Positions 8,902 to 20,600 of a stretch of 64,000 bases of DNA are shown here, piece after piece. Origin of the DNA: a virus. The position numbers were made by a program, and so were the translations under genes. Each line of letters begins with the position of its first letter. Positions within the stretch are counted from its first letter, which is position 1. The stretch covers positions 96,001-160,000 of the IMG/VR virus record IMGVR_UViG_3300047369_000650, one strand, 5' to 3'. The notes below the pieces were generated by a model. It ran no database searches. It saw nothing but the letters and a program-made list of their open reading frames with translations, and was not told where the DNA came from.

Positions 8902-9657
8902 ATGGCTGCAGTTACCTCAAGAGATGAATTATCAGAGTATTGTTTAAGAAGACTTGGCGCTCCGGTTATCGACATTAATGTAGATCCAGATCAAATAGAA
9001 GATAGAATAGATGAAGCACTTGAGTTTTTTCAAGAGTTTCATTCTGATGCCACTGTTCGTACTTACTTTAAGCATCTTATAACAGCAGATGATGTAACCA
9101 ACGAATATATCACAATGCCTAATAACATAGACATTGTTTCTAAACTTTTTCCAGTATCAAGTTCAAGTAATAATAGCATTGATATGTTCAGTGTTAAGTA
9201 TCAAATGATGCTTAATGACATTACTGATTTACAGAATTTTGCAGGTGATCTTGCATACTATACTCAGCTACAGCAATATTTAACTTTAATTGATATGAAG
9301 TTAAATGGCTTGCCTCAAGTTCAGTTTTCGAGACATCAACGCAGATTATATATTTTTGGTGACTTTAAAGATAATGATATAAAAGCTGGTGACTATATTG
9401 TAGCTGAGGTATATCAACTAATTGATCCAGAAACTCATACTAGTGTATATAATGATAAATTTATAAAAGCCTATACTACCGCTCTGATCAAGAGACAGTG
9501 GGGAGCTAATCTTATAAAATTTGAAGGTATGCAACTTCCAGGCGGCGTAATGCTAAATGGTAGACAAATTTTTGAGGATGCAATGCAGGACATTGAAAAG
9601 CTTGAAGAGAATATTCGTCTTGAGCACGAAATGCCAGCTGACTTTTTTGTAGGATAA
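8902..9657 (+). CDS. gp13: neck protein gp13
   Basis: YCLRRLGAPVIDINVDPDQIEDRI; KRQWGANLIKFEGMQLPGG; synteny. Confidence 0.93.
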   Translation: MAAVTSRDELSEYCLRRLGAPVIDINVDPDQIEDRIDEALEFFQEFHSDATVRTYFKHLITADDVTNEYITMPNNIDIVSKLFPVSSSSNNSIDMFSVKYQMMLNDITDLQNFAGDLAYYTQLQQYLTLIDMKLNGLPQVQFSRHQRRLYIFGDFKDNDIKAGDYIVAEVYQLIDPETHTSVYNDKFIKAYTTALIKRQWGANLIKFEGMQLPGGVMLNGRQIFEDAMQDIEKLEENIRLEHEMPADFFVG

Positions 9658-9660
9658 CAA

Positions 9661-10623
9661 ATGGCCTTAAATCACTATTTTAATCAAAAGGCTAAAAATG
9701 AACAGAGTCTCTATGAAGATATAATCATAGAAAGTCTAAAAATATATGGTCAAGATGTTTATTACTTACCTCGTGAGATAGTAAATGAAAATGATATTTT
9801 TGGCGAAGATGTTCCATCTAAATTTTCTTCTGCTCATAAGATAGAAATGTATATTGAAAATACTGAAGGCTTTGATGGAGAAGGTGATCTATTTACAAAG
9901 TTTGGTGTTGAGATAAGAGATGCTGCTACATTTATAGTTTCAAGAAAAAGATGGGCTAATGTAGTCGGTCAGATGAATAATCAAATAGAAAGTATTAGAC
10001 CAAGAGAAGGAGATTTAATTTATCTTACTCTGACTAATAAACTATTTGAAATTATGCATGTTGAACATGAGCAACCTTTTTATCAATTAAGTAATTTGCC
10101 CACATTTAAACTTAGATGCGAATTATTTACATATAGCGATGAGAGACTCAATACAAATATTGGAGCTATTGATGATATTGAAAAATTGGGTTACAATCTT
10201 CAGTTAAATATGGATCAAGGTGTCGATAGTATTAATTCAGCATTTTCATATGACTTTATGGAAGGCGAATTTGTACAACAAACTCAATCAAGTGGTAAAA
10301 TTCTATCTGCGGAAGTTCTTGAATACAATCAAGCAGAAAACTATATTGTTGTGTCACATATAAGTACAAGTGATGGTACTTATGGTACATTTGTGCCTGG
10401 CATTATTACCAATACGAGACTAAGAAATATCTCTGGTGCTCTTGCATTCTTAGGTGATTCAGAAAGATCAGTATCAAGAACACTTATTTCTATAGACGAA
10501 AATGTTTATGGAGATAGCAGCTTTGCTCAAAATGATATATTTGATACAACAGAAAACTCATTTGATTTGGACTTCTTAGATTTCTCTGAGAACAATCCAT
10601 TCGGCGATCCAGAGGATTTATAA
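9661..10623 (+). CDS. gp14: neck protein gp14
   Basis: IESLKIYGQDVYYLPR; FTKFGVEIRD; FSENNPFG. Confidence 0.93.
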   Translation: MALNHYFNQKAKNEQSLYEDIIIESLKIYGQDVYYLPREIVNENDIFGEDVPSKFSSAHKIEMYIENTEGFDGEGDLFTKFGVEIRDAATFIVSRKRWANVVGQMNNQIESIRPREGDLIYLTLTNKLFEIMHVEHEQPFYQLSNLPTFKLRCELFTYSDERLNTNIGAIDDIEKLGYNLQLNMDQGVDSINSAFSYDFMEGEFVQQTQSSGKILSAEVLEYNQAENYIVVSHISTSDGTYGTFVPGIITNTRLRNISGALAFLGDSERSVSRTLISIDENVYGDSSFAQNDIFDTTENSFDLDFLDFSENNPFGDPEDL

Positions 10624-11402
10624 TGTTTACATATTTTTATCATCAGAGAATTAGAAAATCAGTTGCTTTATTTGGTACTCTTTTTAATGACATTTATGTT
10701 ATTCGTAAAGATAAGACTGGTAAATCTATTAGTCAGATAAAAGTACCTTTAGCATACGCACCAAGAGAAAAATATCTTGAAAGAATTAGAACAAATCCTG
10801 ATTTACAAAATAATTCACAAATTGCTCTTAAACTTCCAAGAATGTCTTTTGAGATTACAAGTATTGGATATGATCCTGAAAGAAAACTTCCAAAATTAAA
10901 TAATTATCATAAAGGTGTCACTAATACAACACGTGATAAATTCTTTTCTCCAAGCCCGTATCAAATTACGTTTCAGTTAAATATATTTGCAAAGAATCAA
11001 GACGATGCTTTACAAGTAGTAGAGCAAATACTTCCATATTTTAATCCACAATATACTATTAGTATTAAACCATTTACTGATACACACTCAGATATTGTGG
11101 AAGATGTTCCTATTACAATTCAAGGTGTTAATTTTAGTGATGATTTTGAGGGTGCGCTTGAGAATAGAAGAACAATTATTTACACACTAGATTTTGGAAT
11201 GTCTGTTAACTTCTATGGTCCGATAGATGCTAAGAGCATTATTCGTCAGACAGATACTACTATTCATGATGCTATTGATTTTAGTATTACAACAGATCCT
11301 AAACTGCAAAGAATTACTACAACACCTAATCCACTATCTATTAATCCAGATAGTGATTATGGTTTTACCACAACAATATTAGAAGATTTTGATTCAGGTT
11401 AA
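10623..11402 (+). CDS. gp15: tail sheath stabiliser / tail terminator gp15
   Basis: FGTLFNDI, IKVPLAYAPREK, LPRMSFE, QILPYFNP. Confidence 0.93.
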   Translation: MFTYFYHQRIRKSVALFGTLFNDIYVIRKDKTGKSISQIKVPLAYAPREKYLERIRTNPDLQNNSQIALKLPRMSFEITSIGYDPERKLPKLNNYHKGVTNTTRDKFFSPSPYQITFQLNIFAKNQDDALQVVEQILPYFNPQYTISIKPFTDTHSDIVEDVPITIQGVNFSDDFEGALENRRTIIYTLDFGMSVNFYGPIDAKSIIRQTDTTIHDAIDFSITTDPKLQRITTTPNPLSINPDSDYGFTTTILEDFDSG

Positions 11403-11416
11403 ATCGGAGTAAATTT

Positions 11417-11794
11417 ATGAGTGATGAAAAACACGAAAATGTAGATGATGATTTTGAATATTCAAGAAGAACATACTACGATTTAATTGAAAAAGGTCAA
11501 GGCGCTCTTGAGGAGATGATGGAGGTTGCCAAGCAACTTGAACACCCAAGAGCATTTGAGGTGGTTTCTGGTATGATAAAAAATATATCAGATGTTAATG
11601 ATCGTCTTATGGATCTTCATAAAAAGAAAAAAGATTATAATAAAAAAGATATAGTCAAACCTGTTGATGGTACAACTAATAATAATCTTTTTGTTGGTTC
11701 TACAGTGGAACTACAACGTATGCTTCAAGATATGAATAAAGAACAAGATAACGTAATTGATATTACTGATAGATTAAATGATGAACCAAAATGA
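11417..11794 (+). CDS. gp16: terminase small subunit gp16
   Basis: EHPRAFEV, NNNLFVGSTVELQRML; upstream of gp17. Confidence 0.92.
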   Translation: MSDEKHENVDDDFEYSRRTYYDLIEKGQGALEEMMEVAKQLEHPRAFEVVSGMIKNISDVNDRLMDLHKKKKDYNKKDIVKPVDGTTNNNLFVGSTVELQRMLQDMNKEQDNVIDITDRLNDEPK

Positions 11795-13373
11795 ATCGTA
11801 CTTAGGTAACCCAAACGTAAAGCGTGATGGTGTTGTACAACAATGGACACAACAGGAAATAGCCGAGTATATGAAATGCTCTCAAGATGCTGGGTATTTT
11901 GCAAAAAAGTATTGTAAAATTATATCTCTTGATAAGGGTTTGGTGCCCTTCACCTTATATGCATATCAAGAAAAAATGTTTAAACATTTTAATGATAATA
12001 GATTTTCTATTGTTCTTGCTTGTCGACAATCGGGTAAATCTATCTCGTCTGTTGCTTACTTACTTTGGTTTGCTCTATTTCATCCAGAAAAAACTATTGC
12101 TGTAATGGCAAATAAAGGTGCTACTGCCAGAGAAATGCTGGGTAGAATTACTCTTATGCTTGAAAACTTACCATTCTTTTTACAGCCAGGATGTAAAGCA
12201 CTTAATAAAGGTTCTATAGAATTTAGCAATAATTCAAGAATAGTTGCAGCTGCCACATCTGGTTCTTCTATTCGTGGTATGTCTGTTAACTTACTATATC
12301 TCGACGAGTTTGCTTTTGTAGAAAGAGCAAATGAATTTTATACATCTACATATCCGGTTGTATCTTCTGGTAAAGATACCAAGGTTATTATTACCTCTAC
12401 AGCAAATGGTATCGGTAATGTATTTCACAAGATATGGGAAGGTGCTACGCAGGGTGTTAATGAGTATAAGTCATTTAGAGTAGATTGGTGGGATGTTCCA
12501 GGAAGAGATAAGGAATGGGCAAAGCAAACTATTGCTAATACATCTCAATTGCAGTTTGACCAAGAATTTGGTAATACATTCTTTGGAACCGGGGATACTC
12601 TCATTGGCGCAGAAACTTTATTATCTCTAAGGCGTAGAGATCCTATTCAGACTACTAAAGAAGGTGTTAAAATATATGAAAAGCCCATAAAGGGGCATCA
12701 GTATATTATGACTGTGGATGTCGCGAAGGGTAGAGGTCAAGATTATTCGACTTTTAATTTACTCGATGTGACTGCTAATCCGTTTAAACAGGTTGCTGTC
12801 TATCGCAACAATACTATCTCTCCATTACTCTACCCAAATATTATTTATAAATTTGCAGAAAGCTACAATCAAGCAATGGTAGTAATTGAATCAAATGATT
12901 CTGGTCAAGTTGTTTGTAATGGATTATATCATGAACTAGAATATGAAAACATGTTTGTTGAATCAACCGTGAAAGCAAATTCTCTTGGTCTACTTATGAC
13001 TAGAAAAGTTAAACGTATTGGTTGTTCTTCTTTTAAAGATTTATTAGAAAACCAAAAAATAGAAATAGTAGATGAAGATACTATACTTGAGATATCCACT
13101 TTTGTTGCAAAGGGTCAATCATATGAAGCATCTCAAGGTAATCACGATGACCTAGTTATGAACTTTATTATGTTTAGTTATTTTAGTGGAACAATATTCT
13201 TTAATGAAATAACAGACATTAATATTAAACAAATGATGTTTGAAGAAAGAATGCAAGAGATTGAAAATGATGTACTTCCATTTGGGTTTATAGATGATGG
13301 ATTAGATCAACAACCGCAATATGATCCAGATCGTGATGGATGGGCTGTAGAATATAGTCACGAAAACTTCTAA
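11778..13373 (+). CDS. gp17: terminase large subunit gp17
   Basis: RQSGKS Walker A, LYLDEFAF Walker B, nuclease D in TVDVAKGRGQDYS, HDDLVM. Confidence 0.97.
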   Translation: MMNQNESYLGNPNVKRDGVVQQWTQQEIAEYMKCSQDAGYFAKKYCKIISLDKGLVPFTLYAYQEKMFKHFNDNRFSIVLACRQSGKSISSVAYLLWFALFHPEKTIAVMANKGATAREMLGRITLMLENLPFFLQPGCKALNKGSIEFSNNSRIVAAATSGSSIRGMSVNLLYLDEFAFVERANEFYTSTYPVVSSGKDTKVIITSTANGIGNVFHKIWEGATQGVNEYKSFRVDWWDVPGRDKEWAKQTIANTSQLQFDQEFGNTFFGTGDTLIGAETLLSLRRRDPIQTTKEGVKIYEKPIKGHQYIMTVDVAKGRGQDYSTFNLLDVTANPFKQVAVYRNNTISPLLYPNIIYKFAESYNQAMVVIESNDSGQVVCNGLYHELEYENMFVESTVKANSLGLLMTRKVKRIGCSSFKDLLENQKIEIVDEDTILEISTFVAKGQSYEASQGNHDDLVMNFIMFSYFSGTIFFNEITDINIKQMMFEERMQEIENDVLPFGFIDDGLDQQPQYDPDRDGWAVEYSHENF

Positions 13374-13384
13374 ACTCTTTTTTA

Positions 13385-13392
13385 TATAAATA
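13385..13392 (+). promoter_or_regulatory. late promoter
   Basis: TATAAATA before gp18. Confidence 0.85.
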
Positions 13393-13461
13393 CTATTAAT
13401 TGAATATAACCGTATTATGAAATAGCTTATAATTTACCAAAATGGAAAAAAGGAAAGAGAC

Positions 13462-15492
13462 ATGGCTTTATATACAGCATCAGAGTCTCCGGCAATTATT
13501 ACTCGTGAAGTAGACCTTACTAACGGAGTCCCAAATGTACCAACATCGACAGGTGCATTTGTAGGTGACTTTCGCTGGGGTCCTGTAAATGAGCCGGTAC
13601 TCGTCAACAACGAAGCAACTCTTGCAAACAAATTTGGAAATCCTGATGCCGATAGAGCAATAGATTTCCTAAGTGCTTCAAGTTACTTACAATATTCAGA
13701 CGATCTTTATATCGTTAGAGCAATTACAACTTCAACAGCTACCGGTGGCGCACAGATTCCAGCAGTACTTACTTCAACCCTTGACGGAAATGGCGTTGTT
13801 ACTGCGGTTGCTGTAGCACCAAATGGTGGCTATACTTCAGAACCAACAGTTACAATTTCTACACCCGATTCAGGTGTAACTCCAACATTAACTGTTACAT
13901 ATGATTCCGCAAATGATGAAATTGATGCAATCACTGTATCAGGTTCAGGGTATAGATACGACACAGATCCAGTGTTTACTATTACTGGTGGTGGAAGAGA
14001 AACAGTTGCTGTTAACGCATATGATGCCACAAATACACCAGAAACTTTACCAGTAGTACAAAATGCTGATGGATGGGATACTGATAAAGCAGGTCATGCA
14101 GCTAATAATCATATTACTATTGCTAAGTGGCCAGGTGAACTAGGAAACTCTTTGAAAGTTTGCTATTGCGGCGCTAATGATTCAGACTTTGCCAACTGGA
14201 AATATACAACAACTAGTGGCACAGAAGTTAAATTAAATTCATATTTTGACGGCGCTCCTGGTACATCAAACTTTGCGCAAGAGCGAGGCGCTTCTAATGA
14301 TGAAGTTCACGTGATTGTTATTGATGAAGACGGAGAGTTTAGTGGGGTTCCTAACAGAGTTCTTGAAACTTTCTCATATTTGTCACTTGCTTCTAATGCA
14401 AAAACAACACAAGGTACGGGAAACTATGCTCCTGATGTAATTGCCAGAAGTTCAAATTACATTTGGATTGCAGCAATGCCAGCAGCACTTGGGTCTAATG
14501 CAGGAACTACAGCAGCAAATGGTAAAAACTATGCCGGATCTGGTGTATTAACACATTCAGTAAGTCTTGTAAATGGTTCAAATTCTGGTCCCCTCGGATC
14601 TGGAGAATATGATACAGGTTTTGCTACAGTAAATGATCCAAATGGAACTGCGGTTGATTTCTTAATTGCTCCAGGTATGAGTTCAGCTAGTGATCAGCAA
14701 ACTGTAGTTAATAATATGGTAGTTATTGCTGAAAATACTAGAAAAGACTGTGTTGTTGTTGCTTCTCCAAATAGAGCAGCAGTGGTTGGCAATGCTACAC
14801 CACGGGCATCTATTATTACAGCTCAAGATACTAATAACTTTACACGTAGTTCATATCTATTTGCAGACGCTAACTATCTTAAAGTATATGATAAATTTAA
14901 TGATAGCTATGTGTTTATTCCAGCTGCGGCATCTACAGCCGGTATTATGGCAGCTTCAGATAATAATCAAGCACCTTGGTTTTCACCAGCTGGTACAAGA
15001 AGAGGTCGTTACTTTGGTGTAACATCTCTATCATTTAATCCAGATAAATCAGATAGAGATGAGCTTTATAAAGCTGGATATAATCCGATTGCTAATCTAC
15101 CAGGTCAAGGGATTACACTATTTGGTGATAAAACTCACTTGTCAAGACCTTCAGCATTCGATAGAATTAATGTTCGTAGATTGTTTCTTACTCTTGAAAA
15201 AGCAATATCTTCAGCTGCTCAAAATATTCTCTTTGAATTCAATGATGAATTTACTAGAGCCGAGTTCGTAAATATTGTAGAACCAGTCCTTAGAAATGTT
15301 CAGGGCAGAAGAGGTATTACTGACTTTAAATTAGTATGCGATGAAACTAATAACACCGCAGAAATAATTGATACTAATCAATTTATAGCAAATATCTTCA
15401 TTAAGCCCGCAAGATCAATCAACTTCATTACTCTTAATTTTGTAGCTGTACGATCTGGCGTTTCTTTTGAAGAAGTCGTCGGCGCAGTATAA
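13462..15492 (+). CDS. gp18: tail sheath protein gp18
   Basis: SPAIITREVDLT, FRWGPV, PWFSPAG.RRG, SAFDRINVRRLF, IKPARSINFITLNF. Confidence 0.97.
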   Translation: MALYTASESPAIITREVDLTNGVPNVPTSTGAFVGDFRWGPVNEPVLVNNEATLANKFGNPDADRAIDFLSASSYLQYSDDLYIVRAITTSTATGGAQIPAVLTSTLDGNGVVTAVAVAPNGGYTSEPTVTISTPDSGVTPTLTVTYDSANDEIDAITVSGSGYRYDTDPVFTITGGGRETVAVNAYDATNTPETLPVVQNADGWDTDKAGHAANNHITIAKWPGELGNSLKVCYCGANDSDFANWKYTTTSGTEVKLNSYFDGAPGTSNFAQERGASNDEVHVIVIDEDGEFSGVPNRVLETFSYLSLASNAKTTQGTGNYAPDVIARSSNYIWIAAMPAALGSNAGTTAANGKNYAGSGVLTHSVSLVNGSNSGPLGSGEYDTGFATVNDPNGTAVDFLIAPGMSSASDQQTVVNNMVVIAENTRKDCVVVASPNRAAVVGNATPRASIITAQDTNNFTRSSYLFADANYLKVYDKFNDSYVFIPAAASTAGIMAASDNNQAPWFSPAGTRRGRYFGVTSLSFNPDKSDRDELYKAGYNPIANLPGQGITLFGDKTHLSRPSAFDRINVRRLFLTLEKAISSAAQNILFEFNDEFTRAEFVNIVEPVLRNVQGRRGITDFKLVCDETNNTAEIIDTNQFIANIFIKPARSINFITLNFVAVRSGVSFEEVVGAV

Positions 15493-15507
15493 TAGGGGTA
15501 CAAAAAA

Positions 15508-16050
15508 ATGGCAATTTTAGGCGTAAATGATTTTAAATCAAAACTTAAAGGTGGTGGGGCACGTCCTAACCTCTTTCAAGTAATACTTAGTTTCCCTGCT
15601 TATGTAGCGGGGGATGTTGAACTCGCATCATTCATGATCAAAGCAGCTCAAATGCCGGCTTCTGTTATGGGAACTATTCCTGTGGCATATAGAGGGCGTC
15701 AGTTGCAAATGGCTGGGGATAGAACTTTCGAACCTTGGGCAGTTACTGTTATCAATGATACTGATTTTAATATCAGAAAATCAATGGAACAGTGGATGAA
15801 TGGTATTAACCAACACCAAGCAAATACTGGTATCACTAATCCAGATGATTACCAAGTTGATGCAGCTGTACAACAGTTAGATAAAGATGGTTCTGTTCTC
15901 TATGAATATAGATTTAGAGGTATCTTTCCAACTGCTATTAGTGCAATTGATGTATCATATGAAAATGTGGATACAATTGAAGAGTTCGGCGTAGAATTTC
16001 AGATTCAGTATTGGGAGTCAATCGCTCCTGATGGATTTGTAACTTCTTAA
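15508..16050 (+). CDS. gp19: tail tube protein gp19
   Basis: GGARPNLF, YRGRQLQMAGDRTFEPW, QLDKDG. Confidence 0.96.
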   Translation: MAILGVNDFKSKLKGGGARPNLFQVILSFPAYVAGDVELASFMIKAAQMPASVMGTIPVAYRGRQLQMAGDRTFEPWAVTVINDTDFNIRKSMEQWMNGINQHQANTGITNPDDYQVDAAVQQLDKDGSVLYEYRFRGIFPTAISAIDVSYENVDTIEEFGVEFQIQYWESIAPDGFVTS

Positions 16051-16070
16051 AAGTTGAATAAATATAATTT

Positions 16071-16099
16071 GGTTAGGGGAGTTATTCCCCTAACCTTTA
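16071..16099 (+). terminator. hairpin terminator after gp19
   Basis: GGTTAGGGGA-gttat-TCCCCTAACC followed by TTTA. Confidence 0.75.
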
Positions 16100-16117
16100 T
16101 ATAGTTAAAGGATAGTT

Positions 16118-17635
16118 ATGGCAGATAATTCACTTAAACTCTTTGGATTTGAAATCAAAAGAGCCAATTCATCTGAAAAAGCCCAGCAGAAGATTAAATC
16201 AGTTGTACCAAAAGCTGATGATGACGGTGCTGGTTACATTACTGCATCTGGTAGTCACTTTGGTCAATACTTAGATATTGATGGAAGTGCTGCAAAAGAT
16301 AACTATCAGATGATAAGAAAATATCGTGGTGTAGCAGTACACCCCGAAGTTGACAATGCTATTGAAGACATTGTTAATGAATCAATAGTAGGAAGCGACG
16401 ATACTGATCCTATTAGCCTTACGCTTGAGGATGTTGATTTTCCAGAAAACATTAAAAAGCAAGTACAAGAAGAATTTACTAATATTTTGGGTATGTTAAA
16501 CTTTGAAGAAAATGGCCACGATATATTTAGAAGATGGTATGTTGATGGTAGAATATATCACCATTTAGTAGTTGACGAAAAGAATGAAAAAGCTGGCATT
16601 CAAGATATTCGTTTTATTGATGCTATGAAGATTCGTAAAATGAAGGAGGTAAAGAAGAAAAAAGATCCTCTTACTAATGCCGATATTATAGATAGCGTAA
16701 ACGAATATTATGTTTATCAAGAAAAACCAGGACAGCAGAAAGATGCAGTTAAGTTTACTCTTGATTCAATTAGTTATGTCACATCTGGTTTGCTTGATGA
16801 GACTCGAAAAAAAGTAGTATCTCATCTACACAAATCAATTAAACCGATTAACCAGTTAAGAATGATGGAAGACTCGCTTGTTATCTATAGACTTGCTAGA
16901 GCACCAGAAAGAAGAATTTTTTATATTGATGTAGGTAATCTTCCGAAGGGTAAAGCAGAAGAATATATGAAAAATATTATGACAAAGTATCGTAATAAAT
17001 TAGTATATGATGCTCAGAACGGAGAGTTAAGAGACGATCGCAAACATATGTCTATGTTGGAAGATTTTTGGTTACCTCGTAGAGAGGGCGGTAGAGGTAC
17101 TGAAATCTCTACTCTACCAGGAGGTGAAAATCTTGGTCAGATAGATGATATTGTTTATTTTCAAAAACGTGTATATAGATCACTCAATGTTCCTATTAGT
17201 AGATTAGAACAAGAAGCACAATTTTCTCTCGGTCGATCAAATGAAATATCAAGAGATGAAGTTAAATTTCAAAAATTTATTGATAGACTACGCAAAAAGT
17301 TTAGTCATCTATTCTTAAATATTTTAAAGAAACAGCTTATCTTAAAAAAGATTATTACCGATGCTGATTGGGATAATCATAAAATTAATTTTAAGATTGA
17401 CTATGCTAGAGATAATTATTTTGCGGAATCTAAAGAAAGTGAGATATTAAAAGAACGTATTCAAACTCTTGATATGATGCAACAGTATGTTGGAGAGTAC
17501 TATACTAAAGATTGGGTTATGAGAAATGTTCTAAAGTTTTCTGAAGAAGATATGAAAAATATGGAACAAGATGTAGAAGACGAAAATAAAGAAAAAGCGG
17601 ATGAGATAGATAATATTGAATCTGATAACGAATAG
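16118..17635 (+). CDS. gp20: portal protein gp20
   Basis: WYVDGRIY, IYRLARAPERRIFYIDVGNLPK, MLEDFWLPRREGGRGTEI. Confidence 0.97.
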   Translation: MADNSLKLFGFEIKRANSSEKAQQKIKSVVPKADDDGAGYITASGSHFGQYLDIDGSAAKDNYQMIRKYRGVAVHPEVDNAIEDIVNESIVGSDDTDPISLTLEDVDFPENIKKQVQEEFTNILGMLNFEENGHDIFRRWYVDGRIYHHLVVDEKNEKAGIQDIRFIDAMKIRKMKEVKKKKDPLTNADIIDSVNEYYVYQEKPGQQKDAVKFTLDSISYVTSGLLDETRKKVVSHLHKSIKPINQLRMMEDSLVIYRLARAPERRIFYIDVGNLPKGKAEEYMKNIMTKYRNKLVYDAQNGELRDDRKHMSMLEDFWLPRREGGRGTEISTLPGGENLGQIDDIVYFQKRVYRSLNVPISRLEQEAQFSLGRSNEISRDEVKFQKFIDRLRKKFSHLFLNILKKQLILKKIITDADWDNHKINFKIDYARDNYFAESKESEILKERIQTLDMMQQYVGEYYTKDWVMRNVLKFSEEDMKNMEQDVEDENKEKADEIDNIESDNE

Positions 17636-17650
17636 CTCGAAGTTTAAATA

Positions 17651-20600
17651 ATGTATGATTTAGTTTCCTATATCACGAACAAAGGGCAAAGAGGGACAAT
17701 AGATCCCTCTAGTTCCCCTGGCGTAATTGCTAGAACGATTGATTATGATACCGTTTGGGTTGAGTTTTCGGTCGACTTAGAAACTCCACCTAATCCAGAT
17801 TATATTCGTGGTTGGTTTTTTACCGATGAAACATTACCTGGTTATAGTTTTTTTCCTAATTCTTCAGCCATACAAACTGGAACTAATCCACCAGATAAAA
17901 AGTTATATACGTCTAATGTTCCAGTTAGACTATATCTTGATGAAGACACAATAATTGATCCTCAAGGAAATAGAGTATTAGATTTTAGATTAAGTACTGC
18001 AGTTGCTCAATCTGAAAGTTCTTTAAAAAATGGGCAGTGGATAGAAAGCACAGCCGCCGATATTATATTTACAATATATGCAAATGGTAATCCTGCGCAA
18101 GTATTTTTAGATGTGTTGCCAGTGGACGAATTTGAATCTGATTTTGGTTCACCAACAAATAGTCTTACTATAGATTCCGCATATATTAATGGAATGAGAG
18201 TTGACTCAGCTCATATTAGACATTTAGCATATGTGAATCTTATTGAAGGTGATTCTGCTCAATTTGAACATATTGCCACAAATACTTTGGCAGCTAACAC
18301 TCTTATCACAGATTTAGAAATTAATGGTCAGAAAATATATGGTGTTGGATCAGCACTTAGCGGTAATACATTAGATTTAGATTACGACGAGCCAACTGAT
18401 AGAGACAATAGTGTAGCAATTACTTCGTTACAATCTATACATAATTTTTTAGATGTCAATAATAGCGAAACCGGAAATTATTGGGCACTATATAACAATT
18501 TAAATGCATATACTGATACTATTAATAAAAATAATGCCATTTTTAGTATTGATGAAACTGGTGCTGTTGTAGCAAAATCTCTTGAAGTCAACCAGTATAT
18601 TTTAGATAGTGGCGGATTAAAATGGTCTAAAGATAGTAATGTAAAAATATACTATGATAGCGATGTTCAAGCTTGGAGAATAGAACCAGATTTATTTGGT
18701 TATGCAGACTCTGTAACACCAGGCGCTGATTCAGACTTATCTTTATCTTCAGATAATTTACTTTTAAATCTTTCTGGAAAAGATGGACAATTCTTATCTT
18801 ATGGAGAAGCATCTGAAGCATATTATTTAGATTATGCACTTAAAACTGGTAGATTTATATTTGACGATGATCAGTTAAATGAAGAAAAAGAGTTTATTCC
18901 AGACACTCAACTTGAGTCTATGGATTCTCAGGGTAAGTACAAATACTACGATCAGTTCAGTAATTTTTCTCACTATAATATAAGAGAATTTGATAGTGAT
19001 CCCGTTGAAAATTTTACCTTTCCTTTTAATGATTCAGACGCTCAAGTATTAAGATATGACGAAATCACTAATAGCATTTATAGTGATTTTGCACCAAGAA
19101 CATTTGCTGGTTTTATATCACCTAAAAGATATAACTCATATAATATAAAAGCAACATTTAGTTCTACTACAGCTACAGATTTTCCAATATTTCTAGTAGT
19201 AGCACAGCTAAAAATAAGAGGTAGAGAATATACTATTAGTGCTTTTAGGAGACCAAAAGGCATTCTTCAAGAGCATAGTGATTATTTAGAGCTTGACCAT
19301 ATTGCTGTAAACCCACCTTCATGGGGCTTAGTTTACAACTACGGACAATCAGATGAATATTACTTTGATTTTGATTGGGTGACAAGAGGAATGGCACCAG
19401 CACCAGTTACACCAACATTTGATGGGCAATCTACTAGCGATTGGGTTTCTGCTGGTCAGACAACTGTATGGGGATATAAAGATAATAATATATTATTTGT
19501 TGCAACAAATCAATTTGGTTCTACAGATATAGAAAATCCAGAATTAAAAACTGTAATTTTATTAAATATAGAAGAAGAAATAGCAGCGGGCAGTACATTT
19601 TTAGAGCCGTTTTTAAATGCAGAAACATCTTATGGATTTGGTACACAAAACCAGACTAATGCTGTTATAACAAACATTTTATTTACAACCGAAGATAACG
19701 ATAAAAATATATTTGATTTAAAAAATGATTTAATTTATACCTTTGTTTCAGATAGAGAAAAAGATGAATTTGGGGTTAATTCTTCTGGATATTATATTTT
19801 AGATAGTAGTGTCGGTGTTGATCAAGTAATGAATACTGGTAGACTATTTTATAATGATAGATCAAAAATACTATACTGGAAAGATCCAGATAATTCGTAT
19901 CAGCTTATAAAAGAAGTTGATTTAAGTGGCTTACCTCAAAGTTCTGCATATGTAGAAATGAGGGGAACCGGATTAAATAATAATTCTCCAGCATATCTTT
20001 ACATCGATAACGAAACAGAATATTTTGAGTTTAATCAAAATCCTATTTTATTAAAAGGTTATCATGGGCATGGTAGAGGATTAAATCTTACTACATTTGA
20101 TACTGTCGGCACAAAACTTTCTTCGACTACATTTGATACACACGGATCAGACTCAAATTCCACTTTACTTTCTGATGCAATTAATAATATGACTAATGGT
20201 CATATTGGTGCAATAACATCATATGATGCTTGGATAGCAAATGTAAATGATACTCTCAGAACTACTGCCTTCGACCAAGGATTAATGAAACTCTATAATG
20301 CACCAACAAGTCCTATTAGAAATCCGTATGCTGCAGTATTTCAGAAAACCGGTATTAATGGGACCGTAAAAGCACATGAAATAAGTAGTGATGATTCTTC
20401 AGCTTCTCTATATGCAGATTTAACATTTAGTATTACAAGAGGCACATTTCACACATATGGTCCAGAGCAGCCAAACTCTTTATCGTCTTGGAACGGTAAA
20501 AGAGAGGCTTGGATAGATGAAAATCATAATACTAAAATTAATAATACTCTTATGCTTACCGAAGGTAGATATAAAGGTATGGCATTTGAAGGAACATCTT

